Shown here one piece after another: positions 27,060 to 36,689 of a DNA stretch of 64,000 bases. The notes under the pieces were generated by a model. The model was not told the origin of the DNA. It was given only the letters and a program-made list of their open reading frames with translations, and made no database searches. The stretch is from an uncultured Flavisolibacter sp. Lineage in GTDB: Bacteria; Bacteroidota; Bacteroidia; Chitinophagales; Chitinophagaceae. The position numbers and the translations under genes are program-made. The first letter of the stretch is position 1, and every line of letters starts with the position of its first letter. The stretch is taken from NCBI GenBank assembly GCA_965365435.1, contig CBDUBQ010000026.1, positions 25,641 through 89,640 of the forward strand, given 5' to 3'.

Positions 27060-27905
27060 TTAGTTGGCAGAAGGGCATTTATACGATTGCAGGTTCAGGC
27101 TAAGATAAAAGATGGCGGTGGCAAACTGGTCTTTGTTCTGGCTGTTGCCCCGCTGCCGGTCTTTGCCGCCAATGGGCGTGCCGCGTTCGTAAGAGCGGTC
27201 CTGCAGCAGAAAGGCCAGCGATGGCGTGCCATCGGGGTTGGGCGGAAAAGCCGCCGGGTCGGCGTAGGTCTTGCTCACGTCATCGAGGTAATCGGTATTG
27301 CCGAAGCGGTGAACAATCTCGAAGCCCACGTTGAGGCGCTCGTTCAGCGCATATTTTACGCCCACGCCAAACGGAATGGCCAGGGCCATGGTGCCGTAGG
27401 GCTTACGGTCGGGGTAAAGGCTGCTGCCCTGTCCCTCGGTGCCAAGCTGGCGGAGGTTGATCTTTTCATTGCGGTAGTAAGCATACGGATCGTAGCTGAA
27501 AGCACTGACACCCATGGTAAGGTAGGGCGTAAACCGCAGATCCGGATCGCCGGGCAAAAAGCGATAAAAGTTGAAGTCGCCCTGCAACGCCAGCTCCCAC
27601 ACATTGGTATTGAAGCTCAGGTTGCGGCGGTACATCAGCTCATTTTGCGTATTGTAAACATCGGAGTAGCCAAGCTGCGCAAAATTGCCGGCCAGGCGCA
27701 GGGCAATGTAATTGCCAAAATTCTTCCGGAAAAAAAGGCTGGCGGCCAGCTTGGGCCGGTTGAGCCGGGCATTGGTGTTCAGGTCGCCAAAGTAATGGCC
27801 GGCACCAAGGCCAAACCCAAATTCGCCCTCCTGAATAATGCTGTTTTGCGCCCACAGCGACAGCGGCAGGCTTAGCAGTAAAGCAGTTACAAATTTCTTC
27901 ATCAC
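27060..27905 (-). CDS. Outer-membrane beta-barrel protein, DUF6089-like
   Basis: Signal peptide. GEFGFGLGAGHYFGDLN start. It sits in the nadK / DUF6089 / uppS neighbourhood typical of Bacteroidota. Confidence 0.7.
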   Translation of the reverse strand: MMKKFVTALLLSLPLSLWAQNSIIQEGEFGFGLGAGHYFGDLNTNARLNRPKLAASLFFRKNFGNYIALRLAGNFAQLGYSDVYNTQNELMYRRNLSFNTNVWELALQGDFNFYRFLPGDPDLRFTPYLTMGVSAFSYDPYAYYRNEKINLRQLGTEGQGSSLYPDRKPYGTMALAIPFGVGVKYALNERLNVGFEIVHRFGNTDYLDDVSKTYADPAAFPPNPDGTPSLAFLLQDRSYERGTPIGGKDRQRGNSQNKDQFATAIFYLSLNLQSYKCPSAN

Positions 27906-28066
27906 GTTACAAAATTCTTACTTGATAGCCTTTAACGAAAAAAACAAGCCTTTGGTATGCGGGGAGAAACAGAACCGCAGAACAGACGAACAAGGAATGA
28001 TGAAGTGGTAGCCTCCGCTGTTTCTTTACTTCTATATTCGAAAATCCTTGTTCCCCTGTTCGATAT

Positions 28067-28945
28067 TCAATTCCGCTTATCCAGCCCCCACGATAACTTG
28101 TTTCGCAGGGTTTGCAAAAAGTTGTTTTCGTTCAGGCGCACAAGATTAATCGAAAAATTTTCTTTTCGCACCGCCAGCAGCACATTTTTGTCAACCCACT
28201 CGCGGCGTGAGTCCATGGCGCAGATGATTTCATCGGCCCGGCTTTCCACTTCAAACGAAACAATGGTGTTGTCCGGAATCACAATCGGCCGCACGTTGAG
28301 GTTGTGCGGGGCAATAGGCGTGAGCACAAAAGAGCCCGATTCGGGAAACACCACCGGTCCGCCGCAGCTTAACGAATAACCCGAGGAACCGGTGGGGGTG
28401 GCCAGTATCAAACCATCGGCCCAGTACGTGTTCAGCAATTCGCCGTTGATGTACGTGTGTATTTTGATCATGGGCGCTATGTCACGCTTGTGAATGGCAA
28501 ATTCATTCAGCGCATACGGCACCTCGTTGAACAGCGGAATGTTGGAATCGAGGTGGATCAAGGAGCGTTTGTCAAGAACGTACGAACGCCGCGCCAGCGC
28601 TTTTACGGCTTCGGTCACCTCGTCGCGGCCAATGGAGGCCAAAAAGCCAAGGCGGCCAAAGTTGATGCCCACCACCGGCAGCGCCTTGTTCCGCACCAGC
28701 GTTACGGTGTCCAGCAGCGTACCATCGCCGCCAAGGCTGATGAGAAAATCAATATCGTCGGTAAGCTCTGTGTGGTGCGAAAACGTGGTGGTATTGGGCG
28801 GGAGGGTGAGGTATCGTATCAGCTTGTCATAATAATCGGCATAAATAACCGGCTGTATCCCTTCTTTTTCCAGTTCGTCAAAAAACAGTTGTATAAAGCT
28901 TTGCTGCGTACTTTCCAATACACGGCTATAGATCGCTACTTTCAA
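28067..28945 (-). CDS. nadK: NAD kinase
   Basis: GGDGTLL and NFGRLGFL motifs. Confidence 0.9.
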   Translation of the reverse strand: MKVAIYSRVLESTQQSFIQLFFDELEKEGIQPVIYADYYDKLIRYLTLPPNTTTFSHHTELTDDIDFLISLGGDGTLLDTVTLVRNKALPVVGINFGRLGFLASIGRDEVTEAVKALARRSYVLDKRSLIHLDSNIPLFNEVPYALNEFAIHKRDIAPMIKIHTYINGELLNTYWADGLILATPTGSSGYSLSCGGPVVFPESGSFVLTPIAPHNLNVRPIVIPDNTIVSFEVESRADEIICAMDSRREWVDKNVLLAVRKENFSINLVRLNENNFLQTLRNKLSWGLDKRN

Positions 28946-28953
28946 AGTTTTCA

Positions 28954-29035
28954 GTTTACAAGTTCACTCGTTCACGGGTTCACGAGTTATGTTTGATAAA
29001 GATCACCAACTTGTGAACCTGTGAACTCGTGAACT
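28954..29035. repeat. Long imperfect hairpin built from 8-nt GTTCACnn units (about 27-bp stem, about 19-nt loop)
   Basis: Left arm GTTTACAAGTTCACTCGTTCACGGGTTCACGAGTT. Right arm AACTTGTGAACCTGTGAACTCGTGAAC. I paired it by hand; it needs a few G-U pairs and mismatches. Confidence 0.75.
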
Positions 29036-29039
29036 ATAA

Positions 29040-30482
29040 CTACTGGTGTAAATATACCCCCTTTTGCCCTAACTGGTTAAAGCTGTACTCGAATTTGAAA
29101 ACCAGGTCGGCGAAGGCGATAATGTCAATACCAAAGCCGCCACTGTACAGCAGGCGGTTGTTCAGCGCATTGCGAAGGGTGACATTGGGGTTATGGGCAT
29201 AGCCGCTGTTGACGTAGGTTTTGGCATACACCCGCAGCGGAATTGAGCTGAGCGATTTAAACCATTTCATCCGCGGCAGCGGAATGGCGGTTTTCAACAC
29301 ATTGTAACCAATCGTGGCCTTGGCAAAACCACCGGCCACACCGTCAATAATGTAATTTTCATAACCCTGCAGGTAGGCATCGCCATAGCCGAGGAACGAT
29401 TGCGTAACGTAGGGCTGCTTAAACGGTAATTTTAACACACCACCGGCGCTCATGCTAAACCATGACCGGCTGCCCAGGCTCCAGAAGTTGGTGCCCCGTA
29501 CAGAAAGCTCCCAAAGATTTACCGGGCCGCCAAAGCCCGCTTTGTGGAGGGCTACCATGCCGCCCCGTCCTTTGGTGGGGTAGGGGTTGAAGTCATAGTC
29601 TAAAAACCGGACGTTGTAGGTAAGGTAGGGAAAACTGTAGCTTTCCTGCGTGGGGGAGTAAAACGCATTGAGTTTAATAACGGTGTCGGCAATCTGATTA
29701 TGGTTGTAGCCAACGGTAAAAGTGTGCCGTGTGCGTATGGCCGGCCGGTACATTACATCAATAGAGCTTTGCGAAAACTCATACAGATAACCATCAGGAT
29801 TGCGTACCGGCAGCAGCTTGTTGTCGAGGGTGGCATAGTTCAGCTCCCGGTTTTTGCCATAGGCAAAATTGATGCTGGAGGACCATTTCAGCTCACGGTC
29901 TAAAAAGAAGCCCTGGTATTGCAAGGCGATTTTTTTGGTGTAGCCATCAGCAAAATGCACATGCATTTTATCGCCGCGGCCCGAAAAATTAAACTGCGAG
30001 AGCTTGACGCCGTAATTGAGGTGTTCGAGCTTGCGGCCTCTCTCGTTCCATTGCGAAAAGGTGCCGTTGGCCACCCTCACAAATGGCTGCGGGAAAAAAT
30101 ACCATCGCTCCTCCACCGCCACCGTAATGTAAACATTCTGCTCCTGCAGGCTGCGCAGCGTTACTTCCACCGTGCGAAAAAGCGTGGTGTTCATTAACTG
30201 CCGCTTCGCGAGCTCCAGCTTTTCAATAATTTCCGGCAGGGAATAGTTTTCGCCTTCGCGAAACGGCAGTTCCCGCAGGATGGTTGATTTGCGGGTGCGT
30301 TTATGACCGGATACGGCCACCTCTTTGATAGCGAATGTTACGTCGGAGTTGGGAAGCACGGCCTCTTCGGGCCGGCTGGTGGAATAAAAGAAAGCCTGAG
30401 CGGCGCCCAGTTCCTGCGCTTTCAGCCTGCCTTCCGACAAAAAGACCACACACAAAGCCAATATAAGCAAGCGAGTTTTCAT
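29040..30482 (-). CDS. BamA/TamA-family outer-membrane protein (POTRA + surface-antigen barrel)
   Basis: Signal peptide MKTRLLILALCVVFLSEG. POTRA-like VAVSGHKRTRKSTILRELPFREGENY. Barrel ending FEYSF. Confidence 0.8.
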   Translation of the reverse strand: MKTRLLILALCVVFLSEGRLKAQELGAAQAFFYSTSRPEEAVLPNSDVTFAIKEVAVSGHKRTRKSTILRELPFREGENYSLPEIIEKLELAKRQLMNTTLFRTVEVTLRSLQEQNVYITVAVEERWYFFPQPFVRVANGTFSQWNERGRKLEHLNYGVKLSQFNFSGRGDKMHVHFADGYTKKIALQYQGFFLDRELKWSSSINFAYGKNRELNYATLDNKLLPVRNPDGYLYEFSQSSIDVMYRPAIRTRHTFTVGYNHNQIADTVIKLNAFYSPTQESYSFPYLTYNVRFLDYDFNPYPTKGRGGMVALHKAGFGGPVNLWELSVRGTNFWSLGSRSWFSMSAGGVLKLPFKQPYVTQSFLGYGDAYLQGYENYIIDGVAGGFAKATIGYNVLKTAIPLPRMKWFKSLSSIPLRVYAKTYVNSGYAHNPNVTLRNALNNRLLYSGGFGIDIIAFADLVFKFEYSFNQLGQKGVYLHQ

Positions 30483-30642
30483 CAACGGCTTCCTTGTAAA
30501 CAAAAATGATACTAAAAATAGCGTACCGGAACCCGGCTTTGCCACACCATCAGAAAAGTAAGATAAGGAAAAATGAACTGCAACGGTATTTTAACGGTAA
30601 ATGGCGGCGCGGCGGCCGGCAACTGTTTAAGCCTGCCGGTTG

Positions 30643-31299
30643 TCAGATGTTCAGATAATTCATCAGATTATCGAAATTGGTCTTTAACTCGTTTTCGTAC
30701 AGCTCCTCGCCAAAGTAGTATTTTATGTTGTACTCATACCGCTGAAAAGTGCTGATCAGGTCCGAGACTTCCATTTTATTTACCCGGATGGTGACCTGGG
30801 TGGTGCCGCTTTCGGGGTCGGTAAATGTATTGAGCTGCGTAATCTGCGCACCAACCGATTCTACAATTCGGTTTATCTCTGTAAAGGAATAGTTGCGGTT
30901 GTCAATTTCCAGCACCACCAGCGCACCCGGCTGGCTGAGGCTCATAAACTCCGAGGCGTTGCGAAGCAGGTCATTGTAGGTAACGATGCCCAGCAACTGT
31001 TTTTCTTCCACCACCGGCACGATGCTGAGCTTATTAGCCACTGCGGTTTGGATGGCTTTCAGAAAATGCTCACTGCCCTGCACCGAAGATGTGCCGTCGG
31101 AAAGGGAAAAGTCGGTTAACCGGCTATCTTCATCGCTTTGCAACAGCTGCTCTTCGCTGATGATGCCGAGGTAGTGCTCGTCCTCCACCACGGGCAGGTG
31201 CGCCACATGGTAGTCATTCATCAACTGCAAGGCATGGTAAACTGTATCGTCTTTGTGGAGATAAGGAATTGCGTTTGATATGAGATCACGGGTTAACAT
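30643..31299 (-). CDS. CBS-domain pair protein
   Basis: Two CBS-like repeats (HLPVVEDEHYLGIISEEQLL and IVPVVEEKQLLGIVTYNDLL). Confidence 0.85.
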   Translation of the reverse strand: MLTRDLISNAIPYLHKDDTVYHALQLMNDYHVAHLPVVEDEHYLGIISEEQLLQSDEDSRLTDFSLSDGTSSVQGSEHFLKAIQTAVANKLSIVPVVEEKQLLGIVTYNDLLRNASEFMSLSQPGALVVLEIDNRNYSFTEINRIVESVGAQITQLNTFTDPESGTTQVTIRVNKMEVSDLISTFQRYEYNIKYYFGEELYENELKTNFDNLMNYLNI

Positions 31300-31331
31300 A
31301 GAACGGTGCTATATACATAAGACACGCCAAC

Positions 31332-32108
31332 CTAAACAACTGTTGCAGTGGCAGCGAGTTTTTTCAAAAAATTCTCAAGTATGATATTGAACTCGCCGGG
31401 ACGCTCCATCATGGGTGCATGCCCGCAACGGTCAATGAAATGCAGCTCGCTGTTTGGTATCAGCCGTTGAAATTCGCGTGCCACAAAAGGAGGGGTGATG
31501 GTATCGTTGTTGCCCCACACCAGCAGTGTGGGTTGCTGAATGTTCCGCAGCTCTTCGCCCAAGTTGTTGCGGATGGCGCTCTTGGCCAGGGCAATGATCT
31601 TGATCACTTTGAGGCGGTTGCGGGTGATCTCAAATACCTCGTTCACCAGTTCATCGGTGGCCATGGCCGGATCGTAAAACGTCAGTTCGGTTTTTTTTCG
31701 AATGTATTCGTGGTCGCCGCGTTTGGGGTAGGTGTCGCCCATGCCATTTTCAAACAGGCCCGATGAGCCGGTAAGCGTGAGCGATTTGATACGTTCGGGA
31801 TGCTTCAGCGTGTGCACCAGTGCCACATGCCCGCCCAGCGAGTTGCCCAGCAGGTGAACCCGTTTCAGGTCCCTGGCTTCCAAAAAACGATGAACATGTT
31901 TGGCCAGCCCGCCCACGGTGGTGTGCAAAATATCCAGCTCAAACAGGGGCAGCAGCGGCACCACCACTTTGTACTGGCTGCGGAAATGCTCCACCAGGTC
32001 TTTAAAATTGCTCAACGCACCAAACAAGCCGTGCAGCAATACGAGCGGTTCGCCCTCACCCTCTTCCACATACTTAAACCGTCCTTGTTCTTTCACCTGG
32101 TATTGCAT
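31332..32108 (-). CDS. Alpha/beta-fold hydrolase
   Basis: LLHGLFG oxyanion region, nucleophile elbow GNSLGG, C-terminal CGH. Confidence 0.85.
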   Translation of the reverse strand: MQYQVKEQGRFKYVEEGEGEPLVLLHGLFGALSNFKDLVEHFRSQYKVVVPLLPLFELDILHTTVGGLAKHVHRFLEARDLKRVHLLGNSLGGHVALVHTLKHPERIKSLTLTGSSGLFENGMGDTYPKRGDHEYIRKKTELTFYDPAMATDELVNEVFEITRNRLKVIKIIALAKSAIRNNLGEELRNIQQPTLLVWGNNDTITPPFVAREFQRLIPNSELHFIDRCGHAPMMERPGEFNIILENFLKKLAATATVV

Positions 32109-32280
32109 GAATCGTTATTCTGATGTTGCTAAAGTAACTGTTTTTTTATCAAAAGCCGCCGATAGAACATAGTGGCAAAAAGGCTGTTTTGCAGGCGCAA
32201 GCGATACCTGAATGTAGCCTTGGCAGAGCGCCACGGATGCCTGCCCCGCGGGCCTGGCCGCCGGTGCTATTTACGGTTGC

Positions 32281-32817
32281 TTAGGTTTTCTTTTTGCCGG
32301 CTTCGTCAAAAAACTGCAGCAGCTCCGCAAAGGCATCGCGAAAGAAAGGGATAGCGGCGCCAAGGAGAGCAATGGCTTTCGGCGCCAGGGGGGCAATCAA
32401 ACCATAGCTTACCGAGGCGTTGATGGTTTCTGTTTTCAGCAAATGCAGCTGCGCCGCATAAAACAAAAGAATGCTGTAGATAAAAAAATAAATCAGCAGA
32501 TAAAACAGCGCACCGCCCAGCCGGTTCAGCCATCCCAGCAGCATCATTCGCACCATGCCTTCCACGGCTTTGGCGCCCAGCCTTACCAACAGCACCACCA
32601 CCACAAATACTACAAAAAAAGCAATAAAGGGCAGCCACCGTTGCGATACCTCCACGTTGGTGCCAATATATTCCGCCACCACCGCCGACAGCTTGATGGC
32701 TGCGGCCAGGCCAACCAGGTAGGCTACAAACGAAAACAGGGCCACAATTAGCCCTTTGCGCAAGCCTTTGAATAGTGCCAGGGCTAGCAGGATGATGGTG
32801 ATGATGTCTATGAGCAT
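32281..32817 (-). CDS. CvpA-family membrane protein
   Basis: MLIDIITIILLALALFKGLRKGLI start and four TM helices, which is typical CvpA topology. Confidence 0.75.
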   Translation of the reverse strand: MLIDIITIILLALALFKGLRKGLIVALFSFVAYLVGLAAAIKLSAVVAEYIGTNVEVSQRWLPFIAFFVVFVVVVLLVRLGAKAVEGMVRMMLLGWLNRLGGALFYLLIYFFIYSILLFYAAQLHLLKTETINASVSYGLIAPLAPKAIALLGAAIPFFRDAFAELLQFFDEAGKKKT

Positions 32818-32820
32818 AGT

Positions 32821-32936
32821 GGTTCGTTCACTGGTTCACAAGTTCACGGGTTCACAAGTTGTTTGTCGTTGAATTCATCGCCAGGTTGCCTGCAGCCGTT
32901 AAATCGTGAACCCGTGAACTTGTGAACTCGTAAACT
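32821..32936. repeat. Inverted arrays of 8-nt GTTCACnn units flanking a 43-nt spacer
   Basis: Left arm GGTTCGTTCACTGGTTCACAAGTTCACGGGTTCACAAGTT. Right arm TCGTGAACCCGTGAACTTGTGAACTCGTAAACT. The right arm abuts the GatB/YqeY stop codon. Confidence 0.75.
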
Positions 32937-33388
32937 CATTTCGTCAACAGCTCCTTTACCACCGCCGATATGGTTTTGCCATCGGCTTTGCCGGCAAAAC
33001 GTTTGGTGGCTACACCCATCACTTTGCCCATATCGGCCGGCGAGGCAGCGCCGGTTTCGGCAATAATCTGCTGCAATTCGACCCTTAGTTCATCGGCACT
33101 GAGTTGTGCTGGCAAAAACTTTTCAATAACCCGTATTTCTTCTTCCTCTTTTTTGGCAAGGTCTTCACGGGCCTGCTGCCTGTAAATGTCCAGCGAGTCG
33201 CGGCGCTGCTTCACCATTTTTTGCAAAAGGCTGATTTCTTTCTCAGCCGGCACTTCGCCGCCGGCACCGGGTTCGGTTTTGGCTTTAATGATCTCCGCCT
33301 TAATGGCCCGCAGTCCGCGAAGCGTGGGTTCATCCTTGGCTTTCATCGCCTCCTTCATTTCGGCCATGACTTTTTGTTCAAGACTCAT
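32936..33388 (-). CDS. GatB/YqeY-domain protein
   Basis: MSLEQKVMAEMKEAMKAKDEPTLRGLRAIKAEI and C-terminal GKADGKTISAVVKELL. Confidence 0.85.
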   Translation of the reverse strand: MSLEQKVMAEMKEAMKAKDEPTLRGLRAIKAEIIKAKTEPGAGGEVPAEKEISLLQKMVKQRRDSLDIYRQQAREDLAKKEEEEIRVIEKFLPAQLSADELRVELQQIIAETGAASPADMGKVMGVATKRFAGKADGKTISAVVKELLTK

Positions 33389-33491
33389 GCGTAAAAAGGT
33401 TTGTGGTTGGTAGTTTAGGATTTGTGGTTCGGTGTTGAACGTTCTCAGACTTCTTTATGCCTTGTTCTTTATTCCTCTGTTCGTCTGTTCT

Positions 33492-33842
33492 CTATCCCGC
33501 CTTGTTTTCCTCCATTTGCAGCTCCTGAAAACGGCGGTAAAACTGCTCGGCGTAGGCTTTCATTTCGTCGGTCAGTTCAGTCATGCGGGTGGCCCGGTGA
33601 AACGTGTCGGCCATTGTCATCAGGGTCTGGTAATAAAAATCGGCCATTTCGTCCACCATCATTTTTTGTGTCCACAGGTCTATGCGGAGAGCCGCTTTAT
33701 CGGCGCCGTCCCACAGCGACAGCATAAAGGCTTTTGCCTGCTGCGGCCTTTCGATGGTGCTGTCAGTAGCCGACCATTCGATGCCTGCCGGTACCTTCTG
33801 TTCATCCAGCTCCACCTCTATTTTAATTGTTGATTTCGCCAT
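33492..33842 (-). CDS. gldC: Gliding-motility protein GldC-like
   Basis: IKIEVELDEQKVPAGIEWSATD...AKAFMLSLWD...LRIDLWTQKMMVDEM...TLMTMADTFHRAT matches my recollection of GldC. An alternative start is at 33851. Confidence 0.65.
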   Translation of the reverse strand: MAKSTIKIEVELDEQKVPAGIEWSATDSTIERPQQAKAFMLSLWDGADKAALRIDLWTQKMMVDEMADFYYQTLMTMADTFHRATRMTELTDEMKAYAEQFYRRFQELQMEENKAG

Positions 33843-33960
33843 GCGTTTCAAATTAAGCGGCGAAGATAGGAAGGGATGAAAAAGTTGATCGTTTGCCGTT
33901 GACCGTTGTCCGGTTTGAAAATAAACGTACAGTGCCTGTTTTTTTCACCGGTAGCCGGCG

Positions 33961-34542
33961 TTATTTCCGGAGGCTAACCTGCCGGCGAATGCGGCTGAGT
34001 GTTTCGGGGGTAATGCCGAGAAAAGACGCCATCATATGTTGCGGTACACGCTGCGGAATGGTGGGACAGGCATGCACCAACTCGTGGTACCGTTCTTCGG
34101 CCGAGCGGCTGAGAGAACTCACCAAGCGGCGTTGCAGGGCAATGAGGCTATTTTGCAGCAGCAGCCGGAAATAGCGTTCCATTTTCGGAACCTGCTGAAG
34201 CAACTCTTCTTCGGCTTTTTTGCCCAGCAGCAGCAGCTCGCAGTCTTCCAGGGCATCAATATTGTACGGCGAGGCTTCGCCGGTGAGAAAAGAGTATTGG
34301 TCGGCAATCCACCAGCCTTCAAATGCAAACTGCAGGATGTGCTCCACGCCCTTGTCGTCAACGGTGTAAGAGCGAAGCATACCTTTTTCTACAAACGCCA
34401 CGTATTTGTTTACATCGCCCTCCTGCAGCAGGTACTGGCGCTTGCGCAGCTTTTTGGGCTGGAAAAACGTTTTGGCCAGCTCTTTCTCCTCAGCGGTAAG
34501 CTGTATTTTTTGATCAAAATTTTGCAACAGGCGCTCATGCAT
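33961..34542 (-). CDS. Crp/Fnr-family regulator (cNMP-binding domain + HTH)
   Basis: cNMP-binding-like LRKRQYLLQEGDVNKYVAFVEKGMLRSY. C-terminal HTH VPQHMMASFLGITPETLSRIRR. Confidence 0.8.
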   Translation of the reverse strand: MHERLLQNFDQKIQLTAEEKELAKTFFQPKKLRKRQYLLQEGDVNKYVAFVEKGMLRSYTVDDKGVEHILQFAFEGWWIADQYSFLTGEASPYNIDALEDCELLLLGKKAEEELLQQVPKMERYFRLLLQNSLIALQRRLVSSLSRSAEERYHELVHACPTIPQRVPQHMMASFLGITPETLSRIRRQVSLRK

Positions 34543-34613
34543 CGGAAGCAAAAATAAGGTGGCGGGTGCCGGTTTGGCCAATTTGGCTAACCCTGAAATG
34601 GAGCCGCTGTTTT

Positions 34614-36689
34614 TTAGTAAAACAGGTCGTTCCAGATCAGCGTTCTTGACAAGTGTGTTTTTACATCAAACCGGCCGGGTTTTTTAAACTTCGCCGGGTC
34701 GCCCTGTGCTTTTTCAAACTCGTAAACCAGCACCGTGCAGCGGTGGCTGGGTGTATAGTGCCGAAAGGCGTCTTCGTCGGGCAGGCGGTCGAGCCCCGGC
34801 GGAAGATGGAGTACCACCTGTCCGCTGCTGCGGGCATTGGGCGCAATGGGCTGATTAGTGAACATAAACACCAACACGCGGTAATATCCCTTCTCTCCAA
34901 AAAACAGGGCTTTCAGGTAATTAGTGAATGAAAACTCTTCCCGCAGGCTTACTTTCACTTCGTATCGCGGTGGGTCGTTCTTGGGCGAGGCATCGTCCTT
35001 TAATTGCTCCAGCGGCGTTACCACTGCAAAACCCCCGTTGATGCCGTAATAGGAAACCTGGTTGTAGTTGGCCTTGGCAAGGGCCCGCATCAGCAGGCGG
35101 TCGGCATCGGCCCAGGTTTTTGGATTGCCTTTCAGCACAAGTGGCTGTGTGCGCCGCGACGGCTCCGGGGGCGGGAACGGAAAACGGGCATTGCTAAGCC
35201 CTTGTTCGCCCGACTGGGCCAGTTTGGGAGGGCGGGTGTTGGTTTGTTGTTGCCATTGCCATAATTGCTGCTCCAATTCTTCTTTCACCTGGCTGGTGAC
35301 GCCGTCCGTGGCACAACTCAGCGCCAATGAATCCGCTACTTTTTTAATGCTGGCATCCAGCAACGAGCCGGAGGGTTCATCCTGCAGGCTGGTAAGCGCC
35401 GTTACCCACCGGTAGCCGGCTGTGTAAAGAAGAATTTTATCGCACTGGTTTTCCAATATGGCCTGCCGGCTTTTGAAATAAAAGGCCACGGCCTGTGCGG
35501 TCAGAAAGTTTTTGTCCACTGATTGTTGCAGCTCGTCGTTGGCCGGTTCGTTGTAGCGGTGGGCATTATCGTAGGGCCGCTGCAAGGAAAAAAGGCTGTC
35601 AATCAATTCCGGCTTTGCTGTATTGGTTTGCTGGTACTTTTCATATTCTTTTACCAGCCATTGCGTCACGGTGCTGTTATAGGCGAGAATAATCCTGTTG
35701 ACATCGGGGTAGGCCGGCCAGTCCAGCGTTGCGTAGCGCACACCTGCCAGCTCCCGCAGTATTTTTGTTTCCACCACTGCAGGATATGGCGGCAACTGCC
35801 GAAAAAAGGCAATGGCTGTATCAAGGCCCTGCAGCCTGGCGTCTTCGGTTTTGTCCGCCGAGTCGGCCAGGAGCAGCGCCTTCAGGTATAACCGTTCGGT
35901 GTGCAGGGCCTGGCGCAAAGAAGAAAACAGGGTGTCGGCCGGCGGCAAGTTTTTTATGGCGGACAAATATTTCTCCGCCGCCTGCCAAACCGTTTGCCGC
36001 TGGCTGGCAGTGGCGTACTGGCCGCCGGTGCGGCTGAGAAGCAACAGATCGTGTGCATCGAGCAGGTTTGTCAATTCATTAGTGCTATTGGCAGCGCCAT
36101 TCTGTTTATGTGACTGGAATCGTAAGGTAAGAACGTGGTGCAGCAGCCCGGTGAAGGGGTTTGTGGCCAGTCCGTGCAACCCGCGTTTCTCCTCTTCTTC
36201 CAGCAGGCTTTCCCAACGGATGCCCGTTTCTTTTCGGAGCAGTGCGGTTTCGCGTTCTTCTTTCCGGATAGTATTGAAATAATCAACACTATCAAGGTAC
36301 TGCAGCATTACCGCATCATATGCCGCACCGGGCCGCAGCAGAGAAACAATGGCTTTCAGTGCATAATATTCCATGGCATACTGTGCAAAAGCAAAGGGGT
36401 AAGCCTTGCGCAATGCCGGCAGATTGCTGATTTTTGCTATCCTGCCCTCGGCATCTTCTAGAATGGCTGCAGGGCTCAAGCCACTCTTCGGTTTTGGCTC
36501 CCGGTCGAATGCCGCTGTTGTTTGCGGTTTGGTGAGGAACACGCCGCTTTTACGGTAATCGTCGTTAGCCTGGCGATTATAATAAAGCACATCATGTGCA
36601 TCCAACAGATGGATGATGTCTTTGTTTTGTGCAGCGCAGGCCAGGCAGGCAACAATGGCCGCTACAACCAGAAACGATTTTCTTCTCAT
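34614..36689 (-). CDS. Exported 691-aa protein with no recognisable domain, coupled to the TIR gene
   Basis: Signal peptide with a possible lipobox (MRRKSFLVVAAIVAC). Its ATG overlaps the TIR gene stop (ATGA at 36686-36689). A long helical N-terminal part is followed by a distinct C-terminal domain. Confidence 0.7.
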   Translation of the reverse strand: MRRKSFLVVAAIVACLACAAQNKDIIHLLDAHDVLYYNRQANDDYRKSGVFLTKPQTTAAFDREPKPKSGLSPAAILEDAEGRIAKISNLPALRKAYPFAFAQYAMEYYALKAIVSLLRPGAAYDAVMLQYLDSVDYFNTIRKEERETALLRKETGIRWESLLEEEEKRGLHGLATNPFTGLLHHVLTLRFQSHKQNGAANSTNELTNLLDAHDLLLLSRTGGQYATASQRQTVWQAAEKYLSAIKNLPPADTLFSSLRQALHTERLYLKALLLADSADKTEDARLQGLDTAIAFFRQLPPYPAVVETKILRELAGVRYATLDWPAYPDVNRIILAYNSTVTQWLVKEYEKYQQTNTAKPELIDSLFSLQRPYDNAHRYNEPANDELQQSVDKNFLTAQAVAFYFKSRQAILENQCDKILLYTAGYRWVTALTSLQDEPSGSLLDASIKKVADSLALSCATDGVTSQVKEELEQQLWQWQQQTNTRPPKLAQSGEQGLSNARFPFPPPEPSRRTQPLVLKGNPKTWADADRLLMRALAKANYNQVSYYGINGGFAVVTPLEQLKDDASPKNDPPRYEVKVSLREEFSFTNYLKALFFGEKGYYRVLVFMFTNQPIAPNARSSGQVVLHLPPGLDRLPDEDAFRHYTPSHRCTVLVYEFEKAQGDPAKFKKPGRFDVKTHLSRTLIWNDLFY

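Noticed and set aside
27959-28068. Simple hairpin or terminator in the nadK / DUF6089 spacer
   Set aside because: The complementary blocks occur in the order A-B...A'-B'. GAGAAACAG matches CTGTTTCT, and GAACAGACGAACAAGGA matches TCCTTGTTCCCCTGTTC. That order cannot form one nested hairpin, so I mention it only as a looser member of the repeat family.
26850-33490. CRISPR array interpretation of the tandem GTTCACnn units
   Set aside because: The units are only 7-8 nt and directly abut one another with no spacers. They occur as inverted arms at many loci, and no cas genes are present.
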